The position numbers and the translations under genes are program-made. The notes beneath the pieces are model-generated. The model ran no database searches. It had not been told where the DNA came from and saw only the letters and a list, made by a program, of their open reading frames with translations. This document shows positions 1 to 9,716 of a stretch of 64,000 bases of DNA, one piece after another. How positions within the stretch are numbered: the first letter of the stretch is position 1; each line of letters begins with the position of its first letter. This DNA comes from Setoptus koraiensis (Eukaryota; Animalia; Arthropoda): positions 8,246,001 through 8,310,000 of the forward strand of contig CM106586.1 of assembly GCA_048013815.1 (NCBI GenBank), in the 5' to 3' direction.

Positions 1-2162
1 ATGGGCTTAACATAGTTAGAAGGAAACATCCCTAGTCGTGCTGGATTGCCGATAATTTCTCCTGTCCACCAGTCACCCTCCTTCTTCAGTATTTTGATAT
101 ACTCATCTGAAGTGAACGCCAAGTCTCCAGTCTCAGTTGATTCGAACGGGTATAGAGTTAAACAGAATTCATCGTTTAAGTTGATCTTGTCGAAAACTTC
201 TTTCATATCGTCCATAGAAGATTGGGCAAGCGATTGTTTGAGATCAGACACTAGACCTGCTTCAACTACAGTGGTAGCAGCTGAAGAAGGAGATGGGTCA
301 CTGTTGCTTGTAGCATTGGAATCCTGACGTTTGTTTGGATCAGCAAATGTTTGGCCAGCCACCGATCCTTTCCCTTGTTTGATATTGGAAAAAGATAAAT
401 TGTCTCCTATCTGACTGAAACTATCAAAACCAAAAGTGTCTGCGCCTGCTTGTTGTGTATCTTTTGTCGCAATTGGTTGACCAAAGGGATCTTGATTCGG
501 TAACTTGTCATCATTTAATTTCTCCACATAGGCTTCAGGAAACCAACCAGTTTGGCCATTGAGTTCACCAGAGAGCCAACCAGGTTCAGTCAGGGTATCT
601 ACGGCGGCTATGACATCTCCCGGATTGATAGTTAGTTCATCGATGTTTCTAGCCTCAAATGCGTACAAGGCTTTGTAAGTGACACCTGTCTTGTTTACAC
701 CAGGTTTAGAAGGTTGGGCCTGTTTAGCAACTTGATCGGAATTGCCCCAAGAGTCCTCACTTGATTTGGTGTTCCAGATGGCATCAGGATCTTGAGCCTG
801 GATTTTACTTTGTTTGACATATTCTTCCCTGAGAACTTTAGCCTTTTCTAGGGTCTCTCGATAGACTTTGTATGCTTCAGTGGCCGCATCAGTCTGTGCT
901 TGCAGTTTATCGATTGTTTCTCTCAGGATTACTTTATTAGTCTCGAATTCTTTGGCTTTTCTTTCTTTCTCTTTAATCAATTCATTTATTTTATCCTTCA
1001 TTTGTTGTATCGAAGCCTGCTTAGCTTGGATTGCTTGTAAATCTAGTTCATTTTGCGCAGAGTTCGGCACCAAGTTCAGGTCCCTTGCTATTGCCACTAG
1101 GTTGGTTTCTTCTTTCTCCAAAAATGCCATTCTATCAACTAAAGCTTTGATTTGAGCTCTAAGCGAAGTAATCAGACCCATTTTTGTATCTCGATCTGAT
1201 CTCATGTTGTCAATTTTGGATTTTTTATCTGAAACAAGCATTCTGGTTGCGTTAAGACTTCCCCGAATGTTGTCATATTGTTCATTCAATCTTTCCATAT
1301 CTAAGGATAAATTTTGTTTCTGAGTTTTGAGGTGGATCATTGCCTCTTGAGCAGTTTGACTTTGAACAAGAAGTTCTTGCTGGCGTAAAGTCTCGAGCTC
1401 AGCCATCCTTTGCCTCTCTAGTTCACGACGAGCTTGCTCCCGTTTGTCCAATTGTTGACGTTTTTGCTCTTCTTTTTCCGCCTCTAGCAGTCTGTTCTTT
1501 TCTTGTAGCCTACTGAGTTCTTCTAGACGCTTCTTTTCGGCCTCTGATCTAAGCTTCTCTCTTTTTTCAGCTTCTTCTCTATCTTTGCGTTGTCTGGCCT
1601 CCTGTTCATGGCGTTGTTGTTCCAATAGTTGCAATCTGCGTCTCTCAAGCTCTGCTTGTCCTTTCTCAAAATTTTCACGTCGTTTGTCTTCGAATGTATT
1701 GTTGCCGAGGACGCTTTTAGAGGACGAGGCTGACCCAACTGATTCAGAACCATCTAAGCCTGCTGCCTCATCAATGGCAGCTGACGAAGAAACTGAACCA
1801 GACGAAACAACAGAGGCCACACTAATAGATCTTGTTCGTCTGTAGGATGGCGGTATGAGGTCAGCTGGTAATTCAGTTGGTAGCTTTTTGCCAGATTTAA
1901 CGAAATCCGTGAGATGCATAGCGAGTAAGAACTCCTCTCTCGTCAGCTGACCATCGCTATCAATATCTGATAAGTCCCAAATCTGGGCTAGAATATTTTG
2001 GGGTAAATTTGATTGTAAAAGAATGTTACGACATTGTAGACCAGTCAAGAATCCTGTCCTGTTCCTATCATGCTGATTAAATATTTGGGTGTACCGCAAC
2101 TTTGATTGTTGAGGTATTGCCCACTCCGTTCCCGATTTACTACTACGAGGGTCTTGGAACAT
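1..2162 (-). CDS. ITSN1: Intersectin/Dap160 endocytic scaffold, 5' part (EH domain, coiled coil, SH3 domains); runs off the window edge
   Basis: Minus-strand frame from ATG 2162 stays in frame to position 1 at the three points checked. It encodes an EH2-type domain (EWAIPQQSKLRYTQIFNQHD...IWDLSDIDSDGQLTREEFLLAMHL), a K/E/R/Q-rich coiled coil, SH3 (YKALYAFEARNIDELTINPGD...GWFPEAYVEK) and a second SH3 (LYPFESTETGDLAFT...GDWWTG...GMFPSNYVKP). It is missing from the ORF track because there is no stop in the window. An upstream micro-exon (ATG 2304, GTGAG donor 2287, TAG acceptor before 2193) could add 16 aa. Confidence 0.93.
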   Translation of the reverse strand, partial: MFQDPRSSKSGTEWAIPQQSKLRYTQIFNQHDRNRTGFLTGLQCRNILLQSNLPQNILAQIWDLSDIDSDGQLTREEFLLAMHLTDFVKSGKKLPTELPADLIPPSYRRTRSISVASVVSSGSVSSSAAIDEAAGLDGSESVGSASSSKSVLGNNTFEDKRRENFEKGQAELERRRLQLLEQQRHEQEARQRKDREEAEKREKLRSEAEKKRLEELSRLQEKNRLLEAEKEEQKRQQLDKREQARRELERQRMAELETLRQQELLVQSQTAQEAMIHLKTQKQNLSLDMERLNEQYDNIRGSLNATRMLVSDKKSKIDNMRSDRDTKMGLITSLRAQIKALVDRMAFLEKEETNLVAIARDLNLVPNSAQNELDLQAIQAKQASIQQMKDKINELIKEKERKAKEFETNKVILRETIDKLQAQTDAATEAYKVYRETLEKAKVLREEYVKQSKIQAQDPDAIWNTKSSEDSWGNSDQVAKQAQPSKPGVNKTGVTYKALYAFEARNIDELTINPGDVIAAVDTLTEPGWLSGELNGQTGWFPEAYVEKLNDDKLPNQDPFGQPIATKDTQQAGADTFGFDSFSQIGDNLSFSNIKQGKGSVAGQTFADPNKRQDSNATSNSDPSPSSAATTVVEAGLVSDLKQSLAQSSMDDMKEVFDKINLNDEFCLTLYPFESTETGDLAFTSDEYIKILKKEGDWWTGEIIGNPARLGMFPSNYVKP

Positions 2163-2504
2163 ATTTGCAAGATTTGTGTTTCGTAGGACTTTACTAACTA
2201 TATGAATAATACAAACAATATAATGATGATAATATACGATAGTTAATAATATATAATAGATTTATGAACAATAACAATTAGTCTCACGATGTTAGTTGTC
2301 CCATGAATTGATAATTAGTAAATTCCTCCCACCAGCAATGTTGGCCACTATGAGCCGTACATGAATTATTTTGCAGTGATGGAAATAGTTTTGTTGAGTG
2401 ACGCCTAGAGGCGCTTCTCGAAGTGCAAAAAAGCTGACGTCCATGAGCATCGTGCGCACAGTCAGAGGGGGATGCGATCGGGATTGCCCGACGCAAAAAG
2501 TATG

Positions 2505-3630
2505 TCAACTCGAGATCTTGAGCCCAAAATGCAATATCTCCCTGCACTAACAGGTCAGGTGATTGAATCTAGCCCATATATTCTAATATTTTTATATTTT
2601 ACATAGAACACATACAGTATAGTGTGTTGTTGTATGATAAGTAGCAAAAATAGCCAATGATTACAAAAATAAGAGCAGCAAAATTGATAAAAAATATAAA
2701 CTCATAGTTTGGATACACTTGACAGCATATTTGTGAACAATTTGCTCAATCTGAATGCTACATCTCTATCACCACTCAGCTTGACACGATCGGCATCGAC
2801 GGCCTCTTTCAAGTCAAGTTTTCGGTACATTAGTCTTACTAGATCGTCGTCCTCTAAGTAAAATTCGCAATCCGAGGCCGAGTCAGATTGGCCGGCTCCA
2901 CGACAGACTGTAGGCCGTTTCTCTTTGAGGTTGACAGTGTAAACGGCCACTTCTCGTTGATTTTTCAATATGTGCATTCTGAATATATGTTTCAGATCTT
3001 GAATCAACTGTGGTGCTCTGGCCAATCGCGAGATCATCTCTATTATCATAGCGTCACACCTGAGTCCTTTCAGAGCCCCATTTTCAAGAATATCCGAAGC
3101 CGTATCTAACTCTGGAGCTCTTCCTTGAGATCGAAGTTGATCCCGCATGGTACTTAGTTTGTGCAACAACGAAACATCGCCGTCAAGGCTGACCTTGCCC
3201 ATAATGAAAGCCCGAGCCGGGCTCAATTTACCCATAACCAACGATGCAAAATCCTCATCGTCCACTGTGACAGTACAATCGGGCTTGACATTGTTCTTTG
3301 GTTCGGACCTATAGACGGCCAACTCGTTTTTGCTGTCCGTAGTCCATTTTGCCACTATTTTGCCTCTTCTAGTGATATTAAACTGGAATGTTGCCTTCAG
3401 CTTCTCAGCTAACTCGGGTTCTCTAGCCATACGGTCTGAGATTATCTTGAACAGTATGTCACTCTTTAGACCTGATGTAGGTATTGAGTCCAACAATACC
3501 CGGTCATCATCTACCGCGCTAGCCAGTTGATTTGGTTGTAATTGTCGTAACGTTCGTAACCGCAAACTAAAATGTTCTGATAATGAACTCGACTGAAGAG
3601 CCTGGCCCATGGAGGCTAAGGTGGACCAGA
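2505..3630. repeat. Tandem segmental duplication, copy 2 (paralogous to about 3828-5006)
   Basis: Coding and 3'-flanking sequence align at an offset of about 1325 bp, e.g. aaaatgcaatatctc..gtcaggtgattgaatct (2526-2570) vs aaaatgcaacatctc..gtcaggtgattaaatct (3849-3893). Similarity fades near 2505/3828 and 3630/5006. Confidence 0.9.
2702..3610 (-). CDS. Stand-alone tandem SCP2-SCP2 sterol-carrier-like protein (302 aa) with PTS1, a partial duplicate of the neighbouring HSD17B4-like gene
   Basis: Intact ORF collinear with the C-terminal half of 4027-5820 (FQFNIT...PDCTVTVDDEDF..L..GKL.P..AF.MGK; second SCP2 DCEFYLEDDDLVRLMYRKLDL). Ends in -SKL. The start Met aligns with an internal Met of the parent (MDQAI vs MGQAL). 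Confidence 0.8.
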   Translation of the reverse strand: MGQALQSSSLSEHFSLRLRTLRQLQPNQLASAVDDDRVLLDSIPTSGLKSDILFKIISDRMAREPELAEKLKATFQFNITRRGKIVAKWTTDSKNELAVYRSEPKNNVKPDCTVTVDDEDFASLVMGKLSPARAFIMGKVSLDGDVSLLHKLSTMRDQLRSQGRAPELDTASDILENGALKGLRCDAMIIEMISRLARAPQLIQDLKHIFRMHILKNQREVAVYTVNLKEKRPTVCRGAGQSDSASDCEFYLEDDDLVRLMYRKLDLKEAVDADRVKLSGDRDVAFRLSKLFTNMLSSVSKL

Positions 3631-3827
3631 GTTGGTTTAACGTATTTTTTTATTTTGTGCAAATGTTCTTACATTGAGCAATTCTTGAACTGAAATTGCA
3701 GTTTTTATCAATATAAATTTCCCACGAGCCAACCGATTGACCGGCGGGGTGTCGGCAGGAGGTTAGGGCGTCAGTAGACTTGCCAGGTAATACCCTATCC
3801 GACCAGATAAAAATTCTCACTCTACCC

Positions 3828-5006
3828 TCAACTTGAATTTTTCGGTCTAAAATGCAACATCTCCTCATACTAATAAGTCAGGTGATTAAATCTCGGCTCC
3901 ATATCATTATATTTTTATATTTTAGTGTGTTTTGCCGTATGACAATTAGTAGCAAAAAAAAAAATAGTCCACTTTGACCCCAAATGATGACAAAAATAAG
4001 AGTAGCAGTAATTATAAAAAATAAACTTATAGTTTGGATACACTTGACTGCGTAGTTGTGAACAATTTGCTCAATCTGAATGCTACATCTCTATTACCAC
4101 CCAGCTTGACACGATTGGCATCGACGGCGTCCTTCAAGTCAAGTTTTCGGTACATTAGTCTTACTAGATCGTCGTCCTCTAAGTAAAATTCGCAATCTGA
4201 GGCCGAGTCAGACTGACCAGCTCCACGATAGAAAGTTGGCTGTTCCTCTTTGAGGTTAACAGTGTAAACGGCCACTTCTTGTTGATCTTTCAATATGTGC
4301 ATTCTGAATATATATTTCAGATCTTGAATCAATTGTGGTACTCTGGCCATACGCAAGAACATTTCTATTATCATAGCGTCACATCGGAATCCTTGCAAGA
4401 TCTTGTAGTTGAGAACAGCCGAGGCCAAAAGATCCAATTCGGGAGCTTTTCCTTGCAATTGAAGCTGAACCCACATGGTGTTTAGTTTTTGCAACAGCAA
4501 AACATTACCCTTGATATTCAGCTTGCCCATCATAAAAGCCCGTTGTGGGTTTAATTTACCCACCATCAATGATACGAAATCCTCATCGTCTACTGTGACA
4601 GTACAATCGGGCTTGACATTGTTCTTTGGTTCGGATCTATAGACGGACACATCATTTTTACTATCTGTTGTCCATGTTGCCTCTAGTTTGCCACTTCTCG
4701 TGATATTAAATTGAAATATTGCCTTAAGTTGTTCAGCTAACTCCGGCTCGTTAGCCATACGATCTGATATAATCTTGAATAATATGTCACACTTTAGACC
4801 TGATGTAGGTATAGAATCCAACAATGCCTTGTCTTCATCTCCCACGCTGGCTAGATGCATTGTAGCAGCTTGACTACTGGCATGTTGTTGATTTGGCTGT
4901 GATTGTTGTTGTTCAACATGTTGCAGTGATCCCAACAACAAACTGAAATGTTCCGATATCGAACCTGGATGAATAGCCTGATCCATGGATGTTATGGCTG
5001 ACCAGT
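3828..5006. repeat. Tandem segmental duplication, copy 1 (3' half and 3' flank of the HSD17B4-like gene)
   Basis: By-eye alignment to 2505-3630, including a 65-nt identical tract (4133-4197 = 2808-2872). Confidence 0.9.
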
Positions 5007-5820
5007 CTCGCTTGATGGCCTCAGGTGTCATCTCGTCGCTTGAGTAAGCCTTGCCTTGTGACCTGTGCAATTTGTATCTGCCAACCCAACCGCCAGCAGC
5101 CTCAAATATTCCACCTGTTTCTGGACAGGACTCATGGGTGAGCCAGGCCACAATTGGGGCAACAAACTCTGGCTGTAATCTCTTGAACAAATGCTCAGGT
5201 ATAACATCCTCGGTGAGTCGTGAAGCGGCCACTGGAACAATAACATTTGATTGGATATTGTATTTGCTGCCCTCAACTGCAAGAGTATTGCTAAGTCCGA
5301 CTAGACCCATTTTGGCTGCCGAATAATTAGTCTGGCCGAAATTACCGTATAGTCCGGCCGAAGAGGCTGTCATTATAATGCGTCCATATTTCTGATCGCG
5401 CATGTAGGGCCAAGCGGCTTTAGTAACAAGAAAAGAGCCCTTCAGGTGCACTTGCTGAATGAGGTCCCAATCTTGTTCCGTCATCTTGAGCAATGATTTA
5501 TCCCTAAGTATGCCGGCATTGTTGATGATAATATCTACACGTCCAAAATTGTCAATGGCTGTCTTAACTATGGCCTCTCCCTGTTCCACCGAGTTATAAT
5601 TTGGGACGGCTTTACCGCCAGCGGCTCGAATTTCATTGACAACTTTGTCCGCTGCTGCTGTGACCTGTTGTCCACTTGGCTCGCCCGATCTAGTGCCACC
5701 TAGATCATTTACAACCACCGATGCACCTCTAGAGGCCAATAATAATGCGTATTGCCGTCCCAAGCCGCCACCAGCACCAGTGACTATGGCCACACGATTG
5801 TCGAAACGTAATTGATCCAT
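4027..5820 (-). CDS. HSD17B4: Peroxisomal MFE-2/HSD17B4-type (3R)-hydroxyacyl-CoA dehydrogenase fused to two SCP2 domains (597 aa, intronless, PTS1)
   Basis: MDQLRFDNRVAIVTGAGGGLGR (SDR GxxxGxG), NNAGILRD, YSAAKMGL (YxxxK) and GLYGNFGQTNY match MFE-2 dehydrogenase domains. Two SCP2-like domains and a C-terminal SKL follow. The likely start is ATG 5820; the 56-aa extension in the ORF track is AT-rich flank. Confidence 0.92.
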   Translation of the reverse strand: MDQLRFDNRVAIVTGAGGGLGRQYALLLASRGASVVVNDLGGTRSGEPSGQQVTAAADKVVNEIRAAGGKAVPNYNSVEQGEAIVKTAIDNFGRVDIIINNAGILRDKSLLKMTEQDWDLIQQVHLKGSFLVTKAAWPYMRDQKYGRIIMTASSAGLYGNFGQTNYSAAKMGLVGLSNTLAVEGSKYNIQSNVIVPVAASRLTEDVIPEHLFKRLQPEFVAPIVAWLTHESCPETGGIFEAAGGWVGRYKLHRSQGKAYSSDEMTPEAIKRDWSAITSMDQAIHPGSISEHFSLLLGSLQHVEQQQSQPNQQHASSQAATMHLASVGDEDKALLDSIPTSGLKCDILFKIISDRMANEPELAEQLKAIFQFNITRSGKLEATWTTDSKNDVSVYRSEPKNNVKPDCTVTVDDEDFVSLMVGKLNPQRAFMMGKLNIKGNVLLLQKLNTMWVQLQLQGKAPELDLLASAVLNYKILQGFRCDAMIIEMFLRMARVPQLIQDLKYIFRMHILKDQQEVAVYTVNLKEEQPTFYRGAGQSDSASDCEFYLEDDDLVRLMYRKLDLKDAVDANRVKLGGNRDVAFRLSKLFTTTQSSVSKL

Positions 5821-8809
5821 GAATGGTGTTGTTGTCGTTAGCAATCTATAATATGTTGATAATTCTGAAGTTACTTGCTGCCGAAACAATTTATCGTTGA
5901 CGGCTCTCTGGTTTGGTTGAGTGTGTTTGAAAAATATATTTGAAAATGTATTATTATAAGTTATATAAATGTTGTTGATGAAAATCACAACTAATTGGTT
6001 TTAAGGCGAAGTCGCTTTCTCTTGCGTTGCTCAGACAATGATGTTATAATAATTGTGAGACTCTGACTAACTATAATGGCGATGAATTAACATTCATCAG
6101 ATAATGAACATCAGCAGGTTGGCGAGCAACAACAAACAAGATAATGCGTATACACTAGACTGGTGGCGGTGGCTCTTTCTAGTCGTGCGACAAGTAGTAA
6201 CAAGTGGTATAGAAAAAGAAGAAGAAAAAAGAGAGAGAGAGAGAGAGAAAAGAAGTTGTTGTTGCCGTTGTAGTTGGTATTGCATTAGTGTACATACACA
6301 TAATATATAAACACACCCGCCACAGCTAGATTGTCTCTGTCGCTACATTATTCGAAGTTTCGCCAAAGAAGTTACCTTCTCTTTCTTCCTCTCTACACCT
6401 ACTACGACAACTACCACTACCACCGTAGTAACACTGTAATACCACCACTCATTGCTTCTTCTACTACTTCGTATCTCGCCTCAAGCATTCGGATTTGTGT
6501 AGCACCTTCGCTGGCTTGGTGGCTTGCCAGACAACTTTTCAACAAAATCTGCTAAACTTGTCGTCCACACTCGTGCCAAACATTCAAATCTTGTGCCTAA
6601 GTGTGAGTGCTGATTATTCTCTAAATTGATTCTAGTCAGTGGTAATAATAATCTCCGTATTATTATTATCATTGTCCGAAAAAAATATTGAGGCCTCATT
6701 GACTAGCTTATTATTATCATCGTCATCATTAGATAATAGTGATCGAGCTAAATTTGCCTCTAGTGCCCTCGTATCGGTTTGGATGGTTGGCTCATGTGAT
6801 GTGATGTTATGTTGGTTGTTTCTGGCAGTGTGCTCATGACAAGTCGCTTATAGCAATGACTGACTTATGTACCGTAAACTGTACCCATGACTAGCATGAC
6901 TAGTTTGTTTGGAGATGGATGAAAATACACACATCTATATATTTGTCGTCTTTATTCATCATTGACGCCGTCTTCTTCAATGTTGAGCGCCAGCAGTTCG
7001 GCGACTCAACTAGTTATTACTACAAGTTTGCCTGTAAACAACCGCAGCCCTCAATCGCAATAACGATGATGCAATGGTTGTTTACGCGGCTTGCCAGAAT
7101 GCTTATATGCTAAAACATCCCAAGCTAACAAACTCAACAGAAAGAAAGTAAAATGAGTCTAATGTCTTATTCTCTCGAACACAAACTCAATTTTAAATGA
7201 GGTCTAAAATTTCAACTCTGTATGTGATAAACAACCTGGATTTACCAAGTGATGCCCTAGGACTTAAAGATTTGTCATTCTATATCCTTGTAGTCTATCT
7301 ACCCGTTCTTTTGTCCACATGCACAATCATTTGTCTGCCAATTACAAGTGAGCTCGATAGGCCCTGATGATTAGCCCTTCAAAATCTGCGAATAAGGGTC
7401 AATGGAATCAACAACTTTTTCGCTCTTAGTCTTCAGCATAGTGATGCAGTTTGAAGTTCATGACAACTTGTTTACATGATGACGATAATTCAAATGTCGC
7501 ATGCTCGAAAGCCCAGGACAGAGTTTAGGAGGCCCTTTTTCGATTGAATAAGTCACAAGATAGATTCAAGCTACTTTTCATTCTCACTCTGTAAATAGAT
7601 TTACTTCGCTGTTGAAAACTTACCTGAGCATAATGCTCCAATTTTTTCCCAATCGCAGCCTTTATGAACACAGAAAATATGGAGAACATCTAAAATGAAA
7701 CTATGTCGGAATGATAGTGCAAGACTGGTGTACGTACAATTACAGTTTCGAAGGTGTTTGAATCTAGTGAACGATCTATTGTGGAATGGCAACTAAAAAG
7801 TTGGAAGTTTTTCCCAACTCTTTACTCTGACAAGAGTTTTTTCTCAATACATATAATAATGAATCCAACTATCCTAGCTTGCAACTCAAGTTGACAATCG
7901 GTTACGAGTCCCCATCTAGTATATCCTCATACGTGTTGCAATATTAAGATTAGTTGATTGATGATAGCCCAATGATTCAATGTAAGTGCATGCAATAACA
8001 ATAACAATAATAATAAAAATATACAGCGATAATATAGTATAATATAGTGAGTTGAGTCGACTTCAAGGATAAGCAATTAGTAGCAACTCCAGAGCTAGAC
8101 CATGTTTTACTCTGTGCCAACCCGGTCGTCTTCTGAATAAATAAAGCTCTCTAAAGTTACGAGTTGTAACATATGATTGCGGCGAGCAACAAGTGCCAGC
8201 CAAACTAGTGAGACACAGATTGAAGAAGAGATATTGGCTCGTTCAATCCCGACACCTTCGAAAATTTTTGTTGTTGATTGCAATTCTTGCAGCAGGTATT
8301 AAACATCCTCACCGACGATTATCCATCGTGTAGCCGGATAATCTATTGGTTAGGTATAAACATCGGAGGTTGATCTAGAGAATTTTTGTTTTATTCATAA
8401 ACAAATGGAAATCTCTCGCAAAAAGGACTGTTGAATCGAGCGCCAACAATATGTTGCGCTTGCGCAGTAAACTCCCACACACACTTCCTATGATGGTGAC
8501 ACACGCACCAAGCTTTGGCAGTGCTTCACTGGTTGTGCGTGCGTCCCGTTTCGTTTGCCGTAGTGCAGCCAGAGTGCATGGCATAGACTACTCACATGCT
8601 GTATTGGCAGATAATTGGACAGACCTCGTATCAATAGGAGAACATTTAAATTCTTACCGATAAATTAGAATATATTTAAGGATTTATCAGGCTGCAAGGA
8701 CTACATCGGTCGCCGGACACTAAAACATCGGCAGTATTTATCAAATTCAACCACGCCAGATCGTAGGTATTGTCGCACTAACACATATTACAGCAAACAA
8801 AAAGTCTAA

Positions 8810-9457
8810 ATGGCCATCAGAGGTAATCGCGTTATCCCAAATGCCCATTTCCGCAAGGATTGGCAAAAATACATCAAGACATGGTTCGACCAGCCAGCTA
8901 AAAAGAAGAGGCGTCACAATAAGCGTGTTGAGAAGGCCGCTCGCGTTACACCAAGACCATTGAAGAAATTGAGATCAATTGTGAGGTGTCCAACTGTTCG
9001 GTTCAACATGCGCCAAAGGCTAGGACGTGGTTTTACATTAGAAGAACTAAAATCGGCCGGCATCTCACCAAAGGTGGCACAAACAATTGGTATTGCCGTA
9101 GACAAACGCAGGAAGAATAGAAATTTGGAATCCTTACAACAAAATGCGCAACGCCTTAAAGAATACAAATCTAAATTAATATTATTCCCAATTAATCGCA
9201 AGAAACCCAAGAAGGGCGAATCATCGGAACAAGAGGTACGTCTTGCACAACAAGTCTCTGGCGATGTATTGCCAATCAGCAGTGTTAGCAAGAAACCTGA
9301 GCCAGCAAGAAAACCTACAGCCGAAGAGAAACAATACTCGGCCTTCCATGCCGCTCGTCAACAGAGAGCTATGAAGAAATTGGCCGCTAGCAGAGCTAAA
9401 CGCGCCAAGGAACGTGAGGCCGGTGCAGCAGACAAAAAGGCAGCTAAAGGAAAATAA
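8810..9457 (+). CDS. RPL13: 60S ribosomal protein L13 (eL13), intronless
   Basis: HFRKDWQKYIKTWFDQPAKKKRR, RCPTVRFNMRQRLGRGFTLEELK and VDKRRKNRNLESLQQNAQRLKEYKSKLILFP are typical eL13 motifs; 215 aa. Confidence 0.98.
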   Translation: MAIRGNRVIPNAHFRKDWQKYIKTWFDQPAKKKRRHNKRVEKAARVTPRPLKKLRSIVRCPTVRFNMRQRLGRGFTLEELKSAGISPKVAQTIGIAVDKRRKNRNLESLQQNAQRLKEYKSKLILFPINRKKPKKGESSEQEVRLAQQVSGDVLPISSVSKKPEPARKPTAEEKQYSAFHAARQQRAMKKLAASRAKRAKEREAGAADKKAAKGK

Positions 9458-9586
9458 ACGAATAATAATGTGAGGATATGAAGTTAAAAATAAACAAAAA
9501 TCAAAGTCCAAACAAAAGAATCACTTGATTTTTGTTAGTTGAAGAATCATTGTTGAATAATGACTGTTACACTTTGTTTTGTTCTG

Positions 9587-9716
9587 GGCCTCTAACCGGT
9601 CCCTTTCATCACCGAAGCGCCGACGGTGAACGCCCCGAAAGATGGCGCCCGGGTCTCTTTGTGGAGCCTCTTGGGTTACCATATGGGTTGTTGCAGTGGT
9701 GCTCATCTTATAGGCC
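9587..9716. ncRNA. Candidate structured non-coding RNA (unassigned)
   Basis: GC-rich island in an AT-rich context with several complementary segments (GGCCTCTA/TATAGGCC, CCGG/CCGG, CTTTC/GAAAG, TCACCG/CGGTGA). It matches no RNA family I recognise. Confidence 0.25.

Noticed and set aside
2284-2547. 87-aa minus-strand ORF upstream of intersectin as a possible EH1 exon
   Set aside because: It can be spliced in frame, but it has a GTG start and no EH features; only its last few codons might be coding.
5821-5988. 56-aa N-terminal extension of HSD17B4 in the ORF track
   Set aside because: Non-ATG start, AT-rich and non-homologous; MDQLRFD is the homologous start.
7624-7689. 66-bp minus-strand segment flanked by ttttag and gtaag (MFSIFSVFIKAAIGKKLEHYAQ)
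   Set aside because: No partner exon or recognisable protein; splice-like signals are common by chance in AT-rich DNA.
9587-9660. HDV-like ribozyme, U3, RNase P/MRP or telomerase RNA identity for the structured element
   Set aside because: P1/P2-like helices exist on the minus strand, but there is no catalytic C-N-R-A junction or P1.1. There is no box D after the TGATGA and no P4 consensus, and CTAACC is only a 6-nt template-like match.
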